A stretch of DNA of 64,000 nucleotides. It comes from Eledone cirrhosa (lineage: Eukaryota). Positions 1-18,000 of this stretch are shown here, in pieces. The position numbers were made by a program, and so were the translations under genes. How positions within the stretch are numbered: the stretch's first letter is position 1; the number at the start of each line of letters is the position of its first letter. The notes beneath the pieces are model-generated. The model had not been told where the DNA came from. It was given only the letters and a program-made list of their open reading frames with translations, and did no database searches. The stretch covers positions 32,922,001 to 32,986,000 of the forward strand of contig OZ024747.1 in NCBI GenBank assembly GCA_964016885.1, written 5' to 3'.

Positions 1-3000
1 GCACAGTAATACACAATATATCATTATCACAGAAATACACAATATATCATTATCACAGTAATACACAATATATCATTATCAGTGTAATACACAATATATC
101 ATTATCCCAGTAATACACAATATATCATTATCACAGTAATACACAATATATCATTATCACAGTAATACACAGTATATCATTATCAGTGTAATACACAATA
201 TATCATTATCACAGTAATACACAATATATCATTATCAGTGTAATACACAATATATCATTATCACAGTAATACACAGTATATCATTATCACAGAAATACAC
301 AATATATCATTATCACAGTAATACACAGTATATCATTATCAGTGTAATACACAATATATCATTATCCCAGTAATACACAATATATCAATATCAGTGTAAT
401 ACACAGTATATCATTATCTCAGTAATACACAATAAATCATTATCACAGTAATACACAATATATCATTATCAGTGTAATACACAATATATCATTATCACAG
501 TAATACACAGTATATCATTATCAGTGTAATACACAGTATATCATTATCAGAGTAATACACAATATATCATTATCACAGTAATACACAATATATCATTATC
601 ACAGTAATACACAATATATCATTATCAAGTGTAATACACAATATATCATTATCCCAGTAATACACAGTATATCATTAACACAGTAATACACAATATATCA
701 TTATCAGTGTAATATACAATATATCATTATCCCAGTAATACACAGTATATCATTATCACAGTAATACACTATATATCATTATCCCAGTAATACACAGTAT
801 ATGAAAATCAGTGTAATACACATTATATCATTATCAGTGTAATACACAATATATCATTATCACAGTAATACACAATATATCATTATCAGTGTAATACACA
901 ATATATCATTATCACAGTTATACACAATATATCATTATCACAGAAATACACAATATATCATTATCACAGCAATACACAATATATCATTATCACAGAAATA
1001 CACAATATATCATTATCAGTGTAATACACAATATATCATTATCCCAGTAATACACAATATATCATTATCACAGTAATACCCTATATATCATTATCAGGGT
1101 AATACACAATATATCATTAGTACAGTAATACACAATATATCATTATCACAGAAATACACAATATATCATTATCACAGTAATACACAATATATCATTATCA
1201 CAGTAATACACAATATATCATTATCAATGTAATACACAACATATCATTATCCCAGTAATACACAATATATCATTAACACACTAATACACAATATATCATT
1301 ATCACAGTAATACACAGTATATCATTATCAGTGTAATACACAATATATCATTATCACAGTAATCCACAATATATCATTATCAGTGTAATACACAATATAT
1401 TATTATCACAGTAATACACAGTATATCATTATCACAGTAATACACAATATATCATTATCAGTGTAATATACAATATAACATTATTCCAGGAATATACAGT
1501 ATATCATTATCACAGTAATACACTATATATCATTATCCCAGTAATACACAGTATATCAATATCAGTGTAATACACAGTATATCATTATCAGTGTAATACA
1601 CAATATATCATTATCACAGTAATACACAGTATATCATTATCAGTGTAATACACAATATATCATTATCACAGTAATAAACAATATATCATTATCACAGAAA
1701 TACACAATATATCATTATCAGTGTAATACACAATATATCATTATCCCAGTAACACACAATATATCATTATCACAGTAATACCCTATATATCATTATCAGG
1801 GTAATACACAATATATCATTAGCACAGTAATACACAATATATCATTATCACAGAAATACACAATATATCATTATCACAGTAATACACAATATATCATTAT
1901 CAGTGTAATACACAATATATCATTATCCCAGTAATACACAATATATCATTATCACAGTAATACACAGTATATCATTATCAGTGTAATACACAATATATCA
2001 TTATCCCAGTAATACACAATATATCAATATCAGTGTAATACACAGTATATCATTATCTCAGTAATACACAATAAATCATTATCCCAGTATTACACAATAT
2101 ATCATTATCAGTGTAATACACAATATCTCATTATCACAGTAATACACAGTATATCATTATCAGTGTAATACACAGTATATCATTATCAGAGTAATACACA
2201 ATATATCATTATCACAGTAATACACAATGTATCATTATCACAGTAATACACAATATATCATTATCACAGTAATACACAATATATCATTATCCCAGTAATA
2301 CACAATATATCATTATCACAGTAATACCCTATATATCATTATCAGGGTAATACACAATATATCATTAGCACAGTAATACCCTATATATCATTATCAGGGT
2401 AATACACAATATATCATTAGCACAGTAATACACAATATATCATTATCACAGAAATACACAATATATCATTATCACAGTAATACACAATATATCATTATCA
2501 GTGTAATACACAATATATCATTATCCCAGTAATACACAATATATCATTATCACAGTAATACACAATATATCATTATCACAGTAATACACAGTATATCATT
2601 ATCAGTGTAATACACAATATATCATTATCACAGTAATACACAATATATCATTATCAGTGTAATACACAATATATCATTATCACAGTAATACACAGTATAT
2701 CATTATCACAGAAATACACAATATATCATTATCACAGTAATACACAGTATATCATTATCAGTGTAATACACAATATATCATTATCCCAGTAATACACAAT
2801 ATATCAATATCAGTGTAATACACAGTATATCATTATCTCAGTAATACACAATAAATCATTATCACAGTAATACACAATATATCATTATCAGTGTAATACA
2901 CAATATATCATTATCACAGTAATACACAGTATATCATTATCAGTGTAATACACAGTATATCATTATCAGAGTAATACACAATATATCATTATCACAGTAA

Positions 3001-6000
3001 TACACAATATATCATTATCACAGTAATACACAATATATCATTATCACAGTAATAAACAATATATCATTATCACAGAAATACACAATATATCATTATCACA
3101 GCAATACACAATATATCATTATCAGTGTAATACACAATATATCATTATCAAGTGTAATACACAATATATCATTATCCCAGTAATACACAGTATATCATTA
3201 ACACAGTAATACACAATATATCATTATCAGTGTAATATACAATATATCATTATCCCAGTAATACACAGTATATCATTATCACAGTAATACACTATATATC
3301 ATTATCCGAGTAATACACAGTATATCAATATCAGTGTAATACACATTATATCATTATCAGTGTAATACACAATATATCATTATCACAGTAATACACAATA
3401 TATCATTATCAGTGTAATACACAATATATCATTATCACAGTTATACACAATATATCATTATCACAGAAATACACAATATATCATTATCACAGCAATACAC
3501 AATATATCATTATCACAGAAATACACAATATATCATTATCAGTGTAATACACAATATATCATTATCCCAGTAATACACAATATATCATTATCACAGTAAT
3601 ACCCTATATATCATTATCAGGGTAATACACAATATATCATTAGTACAGTAATACACAATATATCATTATCACAGAAATACACAATATATCATTATCACAG
3701 TAATACACAATATATCATTATCACAGTAATACACAATATATCATTATCAATGTAATACACAACATATCATTATCCCAGTAATACACAATATATCATTATC
3801 ACACTAATACACAGTATATCATTATCAGTGTAATACACAATATATCATTATCACAGTAATCCACAATATATCATTATCAGTGTAATACACAATATATTAT
3901 TATCACAGTAATACACAGTATATCATTATCACAGAAATACACAATATATCATTAGCACAGCAATACACAATATATCATTATCAGTGTAATACACAATATA
4001 TCATTATCAGTGTAATACACAATATATCATTATCCCAATAATACACAATATATCATTATCACAGTAATACACAGTATATCATTATCAGTGTAATACACAA
4101 TATATCATTATCCCAGTAATACACAATATATCAATATCAGTGTAATACACAGTATATCATTATCTCAGTAATACACAATATATCATTATCACAGTAATAC
4201 ACAATATATCATTATCAGTGTAATACACAATATATCATTATCACAGTAATACAGAGTATATCATTATCAGTGTAATACACAGTATATCATTATGAGAGTA
4301 ATACACAATATATCATTATCACAGTAATACACAATATATCATTTTCACAGTAATACACAATATATCATTATCACAGTAATACACAATATATCATTATCAG
4401 TGTAATATACAATATATCATTATTCCAGTAATATACAGTATATCATTATCACAGTAATACACTATATATCATTATCCCAGTAATACACAGTATATCAATA
4501 TCAGTGTTATACACAGTATATCATTATCAAAGTAATACACAGTATATCATTAACAGTGTAATACACAGTATACCATTAACAGTGTAATACACAGTATATC
4601 ATTAACAGTGTAATACACAATATATCAATATCAGTGTAATATACAGTATATCATAATCACAGTAATATACAGTATATCATTATCAGTGTAATACACAGTA
4701 TATCAATATCAGAGTAATACACAATATATCATTATCACAGTAATACACAATATATCATTATCACAGTAATACACAATATATCATTATCAGTGTAATACAC
4801 AATATATCATTATTACAGTAATCCACAATATATCATAATCAGTGTAATACACAATATATTATTATCACAGTAATACACAGTATATCATTATCACAGAAAT
4901 ACACAATATATCATTATCACAGCAATACACAATATATCATTATCAGTGTAATACACAATATATCATTATCAGTGTAATACACAATATATCATTATCCCAA
5001 TAATACACAATATATCATTATCACAGTAATACACAGTATATCATTATCAGTGTAATACACAATATATCATTATCCCAGTAATACACAATATATCAATATC
5101 AGTGTAATACACAGTATATCATTATCTCAGTAATACACAATATATCATTATCACAGTAATACACAATATATCATTATCAGTGTAATACACAATATATCAT
5201 TATCACAGTAATACACAGTATATCATTATCAGTGTAATACACAGTATATCATTATCAGAGTAATACACAATATATCATTATCACAGTAATACACAATATA
5301 TCATTATCACAGTAATACACAATATATCATTATCACAGAAATACACAATATATCATTATCAGAGCAATACACAATATATCATTATCAGTGTAATACACAA
5401 TATATCATTATCAGTGTAATACACAATATATCATTATCCCAGTAATACACAGTATATCATTATCACAGTAATACACAATATATCATTATCAGTGTAATAT
5501 ACAATATAACATTATTCCAGGAATATACAGTATATCATTATCACAGTAATACACTATATATCATTATCCCAGTAATACACAGTATATCAATATCAGTGTA
5601 ATACACAGTATATCATTATCAGTGTAATACACAATATATCATTATCACAGTAATACACAGTATATCATTATCAGTGTAATACACAATATATCATTATCAC
5701 AGTAATACACAATATATCATTATCACAGAAATACACAAGATATCATTATCAGTGTAATACACAATATATCATTATCCCAGTAACACACAATATATCATTA
5801 TCACAGTAATACCCTATATATCATTATCAGGGTAATACACAATATATCATTAGCACAGTAATACACAATATATCATTATCACAGAAATACACAATATATC
5901 ATTATCACAGTAATACACAATATATCATTATCAGTGTAATACACAATATATCATTATCCCAGTAATACACAATATATCATTATCACAGTAATACACAATA

Positions 6001-9000
6001 TATCATTATCACAGTAATACACAGTATATCATTATCAGTGTAATACACAATATATCATTATCACAGTAATACACAATATATCATTATCAGTGTAATTCAC
6101 AATATATCATTATCACAGTAATACACAGTATATCATTATCACAGAAATACACAATATATCATTATCACAGTAATACACGGTATATCATTATCACAGAAAT
6201 ACACAATATATCATTATCAGTGTAATACACAATATATCATTATCAGTGTAATACACAATATATCATTATCCTAGTAATACACAATATATCATTATCACAG
6301 TAATACACAGTATATCATTATCAGTGTAATACACAATATATCATTATCCCAGTAATACACAATATATCAATATCAGTGTAATACACAGTATATCATTATC
6401 TCAGTAATACACAATAAATCATTATCACAGTAATACACAATATATCATTATCAGTGTAATACACAATATATCATTATCACAGTAATACACAGTATATCAT
6501 TATCAGTGTAATACACAGTATATCATTATCAGAGTAATACACAATATATCATTATCACAGTAATACACAATATATCATTATCACAGTAATACACAATATA
6601 TCATTATCACAGTAATACACAATATATCATTATCACAGTAATACACAATATATCATTATCACAGAAATACACAATATATCATTATCACAGCAATACACAA
6701 TATATCATCATCAGTGTAATACACAATATATCATTATCAAGTGTAATACACAATATATCATAATCCCAGTAATACACAGTATATCATTAACACAGTAATA
6801 CACAATATATCATTATCAGTGTAATATACAATATATCATTATCCCAGTAATACACAGTATATCATTATCACAGTAATACACTATATATCATTATCCCAGT
6901 AATACACAGTATATGAAAATCAGTGTAATACACATTATATCATTATCAGTGTAATACACAATATATCATTATCACAGTAATACACAATATATCATTATCA
7001 GTGTAATACACAATATATCATTATCACAGTTATACACAATATATCATTATCACAGAAATACACAATATATCATTATCACAGCAATACACAATATATCATT
7101 ATCACAGAAATACACAATATATCATTATCAGTGTAATACACAATATATCATTATCCCAGTAATACACAATATATCATTATCACAGTAATACCCTATATAT
7201 CATTATCAGGGTAATACACAATATATCATTAGTACAGTAATACACAATACATCATTATCACAGAAATACACAATATATCATTATCACAGTAATACACAAT
7301 ATATCATTATCACAGTAATACACAATATATCATTATCAATGTAATACACAACATATCATTATCCCAGTAATACACAATATATCATTAACACACTAATACA
7401 CAATATATCATTATCACAGTAATACACAGTATATCATTATCAGTGTAATACACAATATATCATTATCACAGTAATCCACAATATATCATTATCAGTGTAA
7501 TACACAATATATTATTATCACAGTAATACACAGTATATCATTATCACAGTAATACACAATATATCATTATCAGTGTAATATACAATATAACATTATTCCA
7601 GGAATATACAGTATATCATTATCACAGTAATACACTATATATCATTATCCCAGTAATACACAGTATATCAATATCAGTGTAATACACAGTATATCATTAT
7701 CAGTGTAATACACAATATATCATTATCACAGTAATACACAGTATATCATTATCAGTGTAATACACAATATATCATTATCACAGTAATACACAATATATCA
7801 TTATCACAGAAATACACAATATATCATTATCAGTGTAATACACAATATATCATTATCCCAGTAACACACAATATATCATTATCACAGTAATACCCTATAT
7901 ATCATTATCAGGGTAATACACAATATATCATTAGCACAGTAATACACAATATATCATTATCACAGAAATACACAATATATCATTATCACAGTAATACACA
8001 ATATATCATTATCAGTGTAATACACAATATATCATTATCCCAGTAATACACAATATATCATTATCACAGTAATACACAGTATATCATTATCAGTGTAATA
8101 CACAATATATCATTATCCCAGTAATACACAATATATCAATATCAGTGTAATACACAGTATATCATTATCTCAGTAATACACAATAAATCATTATCACAGT
8201 ATTACACAATATATCATTATCAGTGTAATACACAATATCTCATTATCACAGTAATACACAGTATATCATTATCAGTGTAATACACAGTATATCATTATCA
8301 GAGTAATACACAATATATCATTATCACAGTAATACACAATATATCATTATCACAGTAATACACAATATATCATTATCACAGTAATACACAATATATCATT
8401 ATCCCAGTAATACACAATATATCATTATCACAGTAATACCCTATATATCATTATCAGGGTAATACACAAAATATCATTAGCACAGTAATACCCTATATAT
8501 CATTATCAGGGTAATACACAATATATCATTAGCACAGTAATACACAATATATCATTATCACAGAAATACACAATATATCATTATCACAGTAATACACAAT
8601 ATATCATTATCAGTGTAATACACAATATATCATTATCCCAGTAATACACAATATATCATTATCACAGTAATACACAATATATCATTATCACAGTAATACA
8701 CAGTATATCATTATCAGTGTAATACACAATATATCATTATCACAGTAATACACAATATATCATTATCAGTGTAATACACAATATATCATTATCACAGTAA
8801 TACACAGTATATCATTATCACAGAAATACACAATATATCATTATCACAGTAATACACAGTATATCATTATCAGTGTAATACACAATATATCATTATCCCA
8901 GTAATACACAATATATCAATATCAGTGTAATACACAGTATATCATTATCTCAGTAATACACAATAAATCATTATCACAGTAATACACAATATATCATTAT

Positions 9001-12000
9001 CAGTGTAATACACAATATATCATTATCACAGTAATACACAGTATATCATTATCAGTGTAATACACAGTATATCATTATCAGAGTAATACACAATATATCA
9101 TTATCACAGTAATACACAATATATCATTATCACAGTAATACACAATATATCATTATCACAGTAATACACAATATATCATTATCACAGAAATACACAATAT
9201 ATCATTATCACAGCAATACACAATATATCATTATCAGTGTAATACACAATATATCATTATCAAGTGTAATACACAATATATCATTATCCCAGTAATACAC
9301 AGTATATCATTAACACAGTAATACACAATATATCATTATCAGTGTAATATACAATATATCATTATCCCAGTAATACACAGTATATCATTATCACAGTAAT
9401 ACACTATATATCATTATCCGAGTAATACACAGTATATCAATATCAGTGTAATACACATTATATCATTATCAGTGTAATACACAATATATCATTATCACAG
9501 TAATACACAATATATCATTATCAGTGTAATACACAATATATCATTATCACAGTTATACACAATATATCATTATCACAGAAATACACAATATATCATTATC
9601 ACAGCAATACACAATATATCATTATCACAGAAATACACAATATATCATTATCACAGAAATACACAATATATCATTATCCCAGTAATACACAATATATCAT
9701 TATCACAGTAATACCCTATATATCATTATCAGGGTAATACACAATATATCATTAGTACAGTAATACACAATATATCATTATCACAGAAATACACAATATA
9801 TCATTATCACAGTAATACACAATATATCATTATCACAGTAATACACAATATATCATTATCAATGTAATACACAACATATCATTATCCCAGTAATACACAA
9901 TATATCATTATCACACTAATACACAGTATATCATTATCAGTGTAATACACAATATATCATTATCACAGTAATCCACAATATATCATTATCAGTGTAATAC
10001 ACAATATATTATTATCACAGTAATACACAGTATATCATTATCACAGAAATACACAATATATCATTACCACAGCAATACACAATATATCATTATCAGTGTA
10101 ATACACAATATATCATTATCAGTGTAATACACAATATATCATTATCCCAATAATACACAATATATCATTATCACAGTAATACACAGTATATCATTATCAG
10201 TGTAATACACAATATATCATTATCCCAGTCATACACAATATATCAATATCAGTGTAATACACAGTATATCATTATCTCAGTAATACACAATATATCATTA
10301 TCACAGTAATACACAATATATCATTATCAGTGTAATACACAATATATCATTATCACAGTAATACAGAGTATATCATTATCAGTGTAATACACAGTATATC
10401 ATTATGAGAGTAATACACAATATATCATTATCACAGTAATACACAATATATCATTTTCACAGTAATACACAATATATCATTATCACAGTAATACACAATA
10501 TATCATTATCAGTGTAATATACAATATATCATTATTCCAGTAATATACAGTATATCATTATCACAGTAATACACTATATATCATTATCCCAGTAATACAC
10601 AGTATATCAATATCAGTGTTATACACAGTATATCATTATCAAAGTAATACACAGTATATCATTAACAGTGTAATACACAGTATACCATTAACAGTGTAAT
10701 ACACAGTATATCATTAACAGTGTAATACACAATATATCAATATCAGTGTAATATACAGTATATCATAATCACAGTAATATACAGTATATCATTATCAGTG
10801 TAATACACAGTATATCAATATCAGAGTAATACACAATATATCATTATCACAGTAATACACAATATATCACTATCACAGTAATACACAATATATCATTATT
10901 ACAGTAATCCACAATATATCATAATCAGTGTAATACACAATATATTATTATCACAGTAATACACAGTATATCATTATCACAGAAATACACAATATATCAT
11001 TATCACAGCAATACACAATATATCATTATCAGTGTAATACACAATATATCATTATCAGTGTAATACACAATATATCATTATCCCAATAATACACAATATA
11101 TCATTATCACAGTAATACACAGTATATCATTATCAGTGTAATACACAATATATCATTATCCCAGTAATACACAATATATCAATATCAGTGTAATACACAG
11201 TATATCATTATCTCAGTAATACACAATATATCATTATCACAGTAATACACAATATATCATTATCAGTGTAATACACAATATATCATTATCACAGTAATAC
11301 ACAGTATATCATTATCAGTGTAATACACAGTATATCATTATCAGAGTAATACACAATATATCATTATCACAGTAATACACAATATATCATTATCACAGTA
11401 ATACACAATATATCATTATCACAGAAATACACAATATATCATTATCAGAGCAATACACAATATATCATTATCAGTGTAATACACAATATATCATTATCAG
11501 TGTAATACACAATATATCATTATCCCAGTAATACACAGTATATCATTATCACAGTAATACACAATATATCATTATCAGTGTAATATACAATATAACATTA
11601 TTCCAGGAATATACAGTATATCATTATCACAGTAATACACTATATATCATTATCCCAGTAATACACAGTATATCAATATCAGTGTAATACACAGTATATC
11701 ATTATCAGTGTAATACACAATATATCATTATCACAGTAATACACAGTATATCATTATCAGTGTAATACACAATATATCATTATCACAGTAATACACAATA
11801 TATCATTATCACAGAAATACACAATATATCATTATCAGTGTAATACACAATATATCATTATCCCAGTAACACACAATATATCATTATCACAGTAATACCC
11901 TATATATCATTATCAGGGTAATACACAATATATCATTAGCACAGTAATACACAATATATCATTATCACAGAAATACACAATATATCATTATCACAGTAAT

Positions 12001-15000
12001 ACACAATATATCATTATCAGTGTAATACACAATATATCATTATCCCAGTAATACACAATATATCATTATCACAGTAATACACAATATATCATTATCACAG
12101 TAATACACAGTATATCATTATCAGTGTAATACACAATATATCATTATCACAGTAATACACAATATATCATTATCAGTGTAATTCACAATATATCATTATC
12201 ACAGTAATACACAGTATATCATTATCACAGAAATACACAATATATCATTATCACAGTAATACACGGTATATCATTATCACAGAAATACACAATATATCAT
12301 TATCAGTGTAATACACAATATATCATTATCAGTGTAATACACAATATATCATTATCCTAGTAATACACAATATATCATTATCACAGTAATACACAGTATA
12401 TCATTATCAGTGTAATACACAATATATCATTATCCCAGTAATACACAATATATCAATATCAGTGTAATACACAGTATATCATTATCTCAGTAATACACAA
12501 TAAATCATTATCACAGTAATACACAATATATCATTATCAGTGTAATACACAATATATCATTATCACAGTAATACACAGTAAATCATTATCAGTGTAATAC
12601 ACAGTATATCATTATCAGAGTAATACACAATATATCATTATCACAGTAATACACAATATATCATTATCACAGTAATACACAATATATCATTATCACAGTA
12701 ATACACAATATATCATTATCACAGTAATACACAATATATCATTATCACAGAAATACACAATATATCATTATCACAGCAATACACAATATATCATTATCAG
12801 TGTAATACACAATATATCATTATCAAGTGTAATACACAATATATCATTATCCCAGTAATACACAGTATATCATTAACACTGTAATACACAATATATCATT
12901 ATCAGTGTAATATACAATATATCATTATCCCAGTAATACACAGTATATCATTATCACAGTAATACACTATATATCATTATCCCAGTAATACACAGTATAT
13001 GAAAATCAGTGTAATACACATTATATCATTATCAGTGTAATACACAATATATCATTATCACAGTAATACACAATATATCATTATCAGTGTAATACACAAT
13101 ATATCATTATCACAGTTATACACAATATATCATTATCACAGAAATACACAATATATCATTATCACAGCAATACACAATATATCATTATCACAGAAATACA
13201 CAATATATCATTATCAGTGTAATACACAATATATCATTATCCCAGTAATACACAATATATCATTATCACAGTAATACCCTATATATCATTATCAGGGTAA
13301 TACACAATATATCATTAGTACAGTAATACACAATATATCATTATCACAGAAATACACAATATATCATTATCACAGTAATACACAATATATCATTATCACA
13401 GTAATACACAATATATCATTATCAATGTAATACACAACATATCATTATCCCAGTAATACACAATATATCATTAACACACTAATACACAATATATCATTAT
13501 CACAGTAATACACAGTATATCATTATCAGTGTAATACACAATATATCATTATCACAGTAATCCACAATATATCATTATCAGTGTAATACACAATATATTA
13601 TTATCACAGTAATACACAGTATATCATTATCACAGTAATACACAATAAATCATTATCAGTGTAATATACAATATAACATTATTCCAGGAATATACAGTAT
13701 ATCATTATCACAGTAATACACTATATATCATTATCCCAGTAATACACAGTATATCAATATCAGTGTAATACACAGTATATCATTATCAGTGTAATACACA
13801 ATATATCATTATCACAGTAATACACAGTATATCATTATCAGTGTAATACACAATATATCATTATCACAGTAATACACAATATATCATTATCACAGAAATA
13901 CACAATATATCATTATCAGTGTAATACACAATATATCATTATCCCAGTAACACACAATATATCATTATCACAGTAATACCCTATATATCATTATCAGGGT
14001 AATACACAATATATCATTAGCACAGTAATACACAATATATCATTATCACAGAAATAAACAATATATCATTATCACAGTAATACACAATATATCATTATCA
14101 GTGTAATACACAATATATCATTATCCCAGTAATACACAATATATCATTATCACAGTAATACACAATATATCATTATCACAGTAATACACAGTATATCATT
14201 ATCAGTGTAATACACAATATATCATTATCACAGTAATACACAATATATCATTATCAGTGTAATACACAATATATCATTATCACAGTAATACACAGTATAT
14301 CATTATCACAGAAATACACAATATATCATTATCACAGTAATACACGGTATATCATTATCACAGAAATACACAATATATCATTATCAGTGTAATACACAAT
14401 ATATCATTATCAGTGTGATACACAATATATCATTATCCTAGTAATACACAATATATCATTATCACAGTAATACACAGTATATCATTATCAGTGTAATACA
14501 CAATATATCATTATCCCAGTAATACACAATATATCAATAACAGTGTAATACACAGTATATCATTATCTCAGTAATACACAATAAATCATTATCACAGTAA
14601 TACACAATATATCATTATCAGTGTAATACACAATATATCATTATCACAGTAATACACAGTATATCATTATCAGTGTAATACACAGTATATCATTATCAGA
14701 GTAATACACAATATATCATTATCACAGTAATACACAATATATCATTATCACAGTAATACACAATATATCATTATCACAGAAATACACAATATATCATTAT
14801 CACAGCAATACACAATATATCATTATCAGTGTAATACACAATATATCATTATCAAGTGTAATACACAATATATCATTATCCCAGTAATACACAGTATATC
14901 ATTAACACAGTAATACACAATATATCATTATCAGTGTAATATACAATATATCATTATCCTAGTAATACACAGTATATCATTATCACAGTAATACACTATA

Positions 15001-18000
15001 TATCATTATCCCAGTAATACACAGTATATGAAAATCAGTGTAATACACATTATATCATTATCAGTGTAATACACAATATATCATTATCACAGTTATACAC
15101 AATATATCATTATCACAGAAATACAGAATATATCATTATCACAGCAATACACAATATATCATTATCACAGAAATACACAATATATCATTATCAGTGTAAT
15201 ACAACTATATCATTATCCCAGTAATACACAATATATCATTATCACAGTAATACCCTATATATCATTATCAGGGTAATACACAATATATCATTAGTACAGT
15301 AATACACAATATATCATTATCACAGAAATACACAATATATCATTATCACAGTAATACACAATATATCATTATCACAGTAATACACAATATATCATTATCA
15401 ATGTAATACACAACATATCATTATCCCAGTAATACACAATATATCATTAACACACTAATACACAATATATCATTATCACAGTTATACACAGTATATCATT
15501 ATCAGTGTAATACACAATATATCATTATCACAGTAATCCACAATATATCATTATCAGTGTAATACACAATATATTATTATCACAGTAATACACAGTATAT
15601 CATTATCACAGAAATACACAATATATCATTATCACAGCAATACACAATATATCATTATCTGTGTAATACACAATATATCATTATCAGTGTAATACACAAT
15701 ATATCATTATCCCAATAATACACAATATATCATTATTACAGTAATACACAGTATATCATTATCAGTGTAATACACAATATATCATTATCCCAGTAATACA
15801 CAATATATCAATATCAGTGTAATACACAGTATATCATTATCTCAGTAATAGACAATATATCATTATCACAGTAATACACAATATATCATTATCAGTGTAA
15901 TACACAATATATCATTATCACAGTAATACACAGTATATCATTATCAGTGTAATACACAGTATATCATTATGAGAGTAATACACAATATATCATTATCACA
16001 GTAATACACAATATATCATTATCACAGTAATACACAATATATCATTATCACAGAAATACACAATATATCATTATCACAGCAATACACAATATATCATTAT
16101 CAGTGTAATACACAATATATCATTAACAGTGTAATACACAATATATCATTATCCCAGTAATACACAGTATATCATTATCACAGTAATACACAATATATCA
16201 TTATCAGTGTAATATACAATATATCATTATTCCAGTAATATACAGTATATCATTATCACAGTAATACACTATATATCATTATCCCAGTAATACACAGTAT
16301 ATCAATATCAGTGTAATACACAGTATATCATTATCAAAGTAATACACAGTATATCATTAACAGTGTAATACACAGTATACCATTAACAGTGTAATACACA
16401 GTATATCATTAACAGTGTAATACACAATATATCAATATCAGGGTAATACACAATATATCATTATCACAGTAATACACAGTATATCATTATCAGTGTAATA
16501 CACAATATATCATTATCCCAGTAATACACAATATATCATCATCAGTGTAATACACAATATATCATTATCCCAGTAATACACAATATATCATTATCAGTGT
16601 AATACACAATATATCATTATCCCAGTAATACATAATATATCAATATCAGTGTGATACACAGTATATCATTATCTCATTAATACACAATATATCATTATCA
16701 CAGTAATACACAATATATCATTATCAGTGTAATACACAATATATCATTATCACAGTAATACTCAGTATATCATTATCAGTGTAATACACAGTATATCATT
16801 ATCAGAGTAATACACAATATATCATTGTCACAGTAATACACAATATATCATTATCAGTGTAATATACAATATATCATTATCCCAATAATACACAGTATAT
16901 CATTATCACAGTAATACACTATATATCATTATCCCAGTAATACACAGTATATCAATATCAGTGTAATACACAGTATATCATTATGCCAGTAATACACAGT
17001 ATATCATTAACAGTGTAATACACAGTATACCATTAAGAGTGTAATAGACAGTATATCATTAATAGTGTAACACACAATATATCAATATCAGTGTAATACA
17101 CAGTATATCATTATCAGTGTAATATACAGTATATCATTATCACAGTAATATACATTATATCATTATCAGTGTAATACACAGTATATCAATATCAGAGTAA
17201 TAGACAATATATCATTATCACAGTAGTACACCGTATATCATTAACAGTGTAATACACATTATACCATTAACACTGTAATACACAGTATATCATTAACAGT
17301 GTAATACACAATATATCAATATCAGTGTAATACACAGTATATCATTATCAGTGTAATATGCAGTATATCATTATCACAGTAATACACAGTATATCATTAT
17401 CAGTGTAATACACAGTATATCATTATCAGAGTAATACACAACATATCATTATCACAGTAATACACAATATATCATTATCACAGTAATACACAATATATCA
17501 TTATCACAGTAATACACAATATATCATTATCACAGTAATACACAATATATCATTATCAGTGTAATACACAATATATCATTATCAAGTGTAATACACAATA
17601 TATCATTATCCCAGTAATACACAGTATATCATTAACACAGTAATACACAATATATCATTATCAGTGTAATATACAATATATCATTATCCCAGTAATAGAC
17701 AGTATATCATTATCACAGTAATACACTATATATCATTATCCCAGTAATACACAGTATATCATTATCAGTGTAATACACAAAATATCATTATCACAGTAAT
17801 ACACAATATATCATTATCAGTGTAATACACAATATATCATTATCACAGAAATACACAATATATCATTATCACAGCAATACACAATATATCATTATCACAG
17901 AAATACACAATATATCATTATCAGTGTAATACACAATATATCATTATCCCAGTAATACACAATATATCATTATCACAGTAATACCCTATATATCATTATC

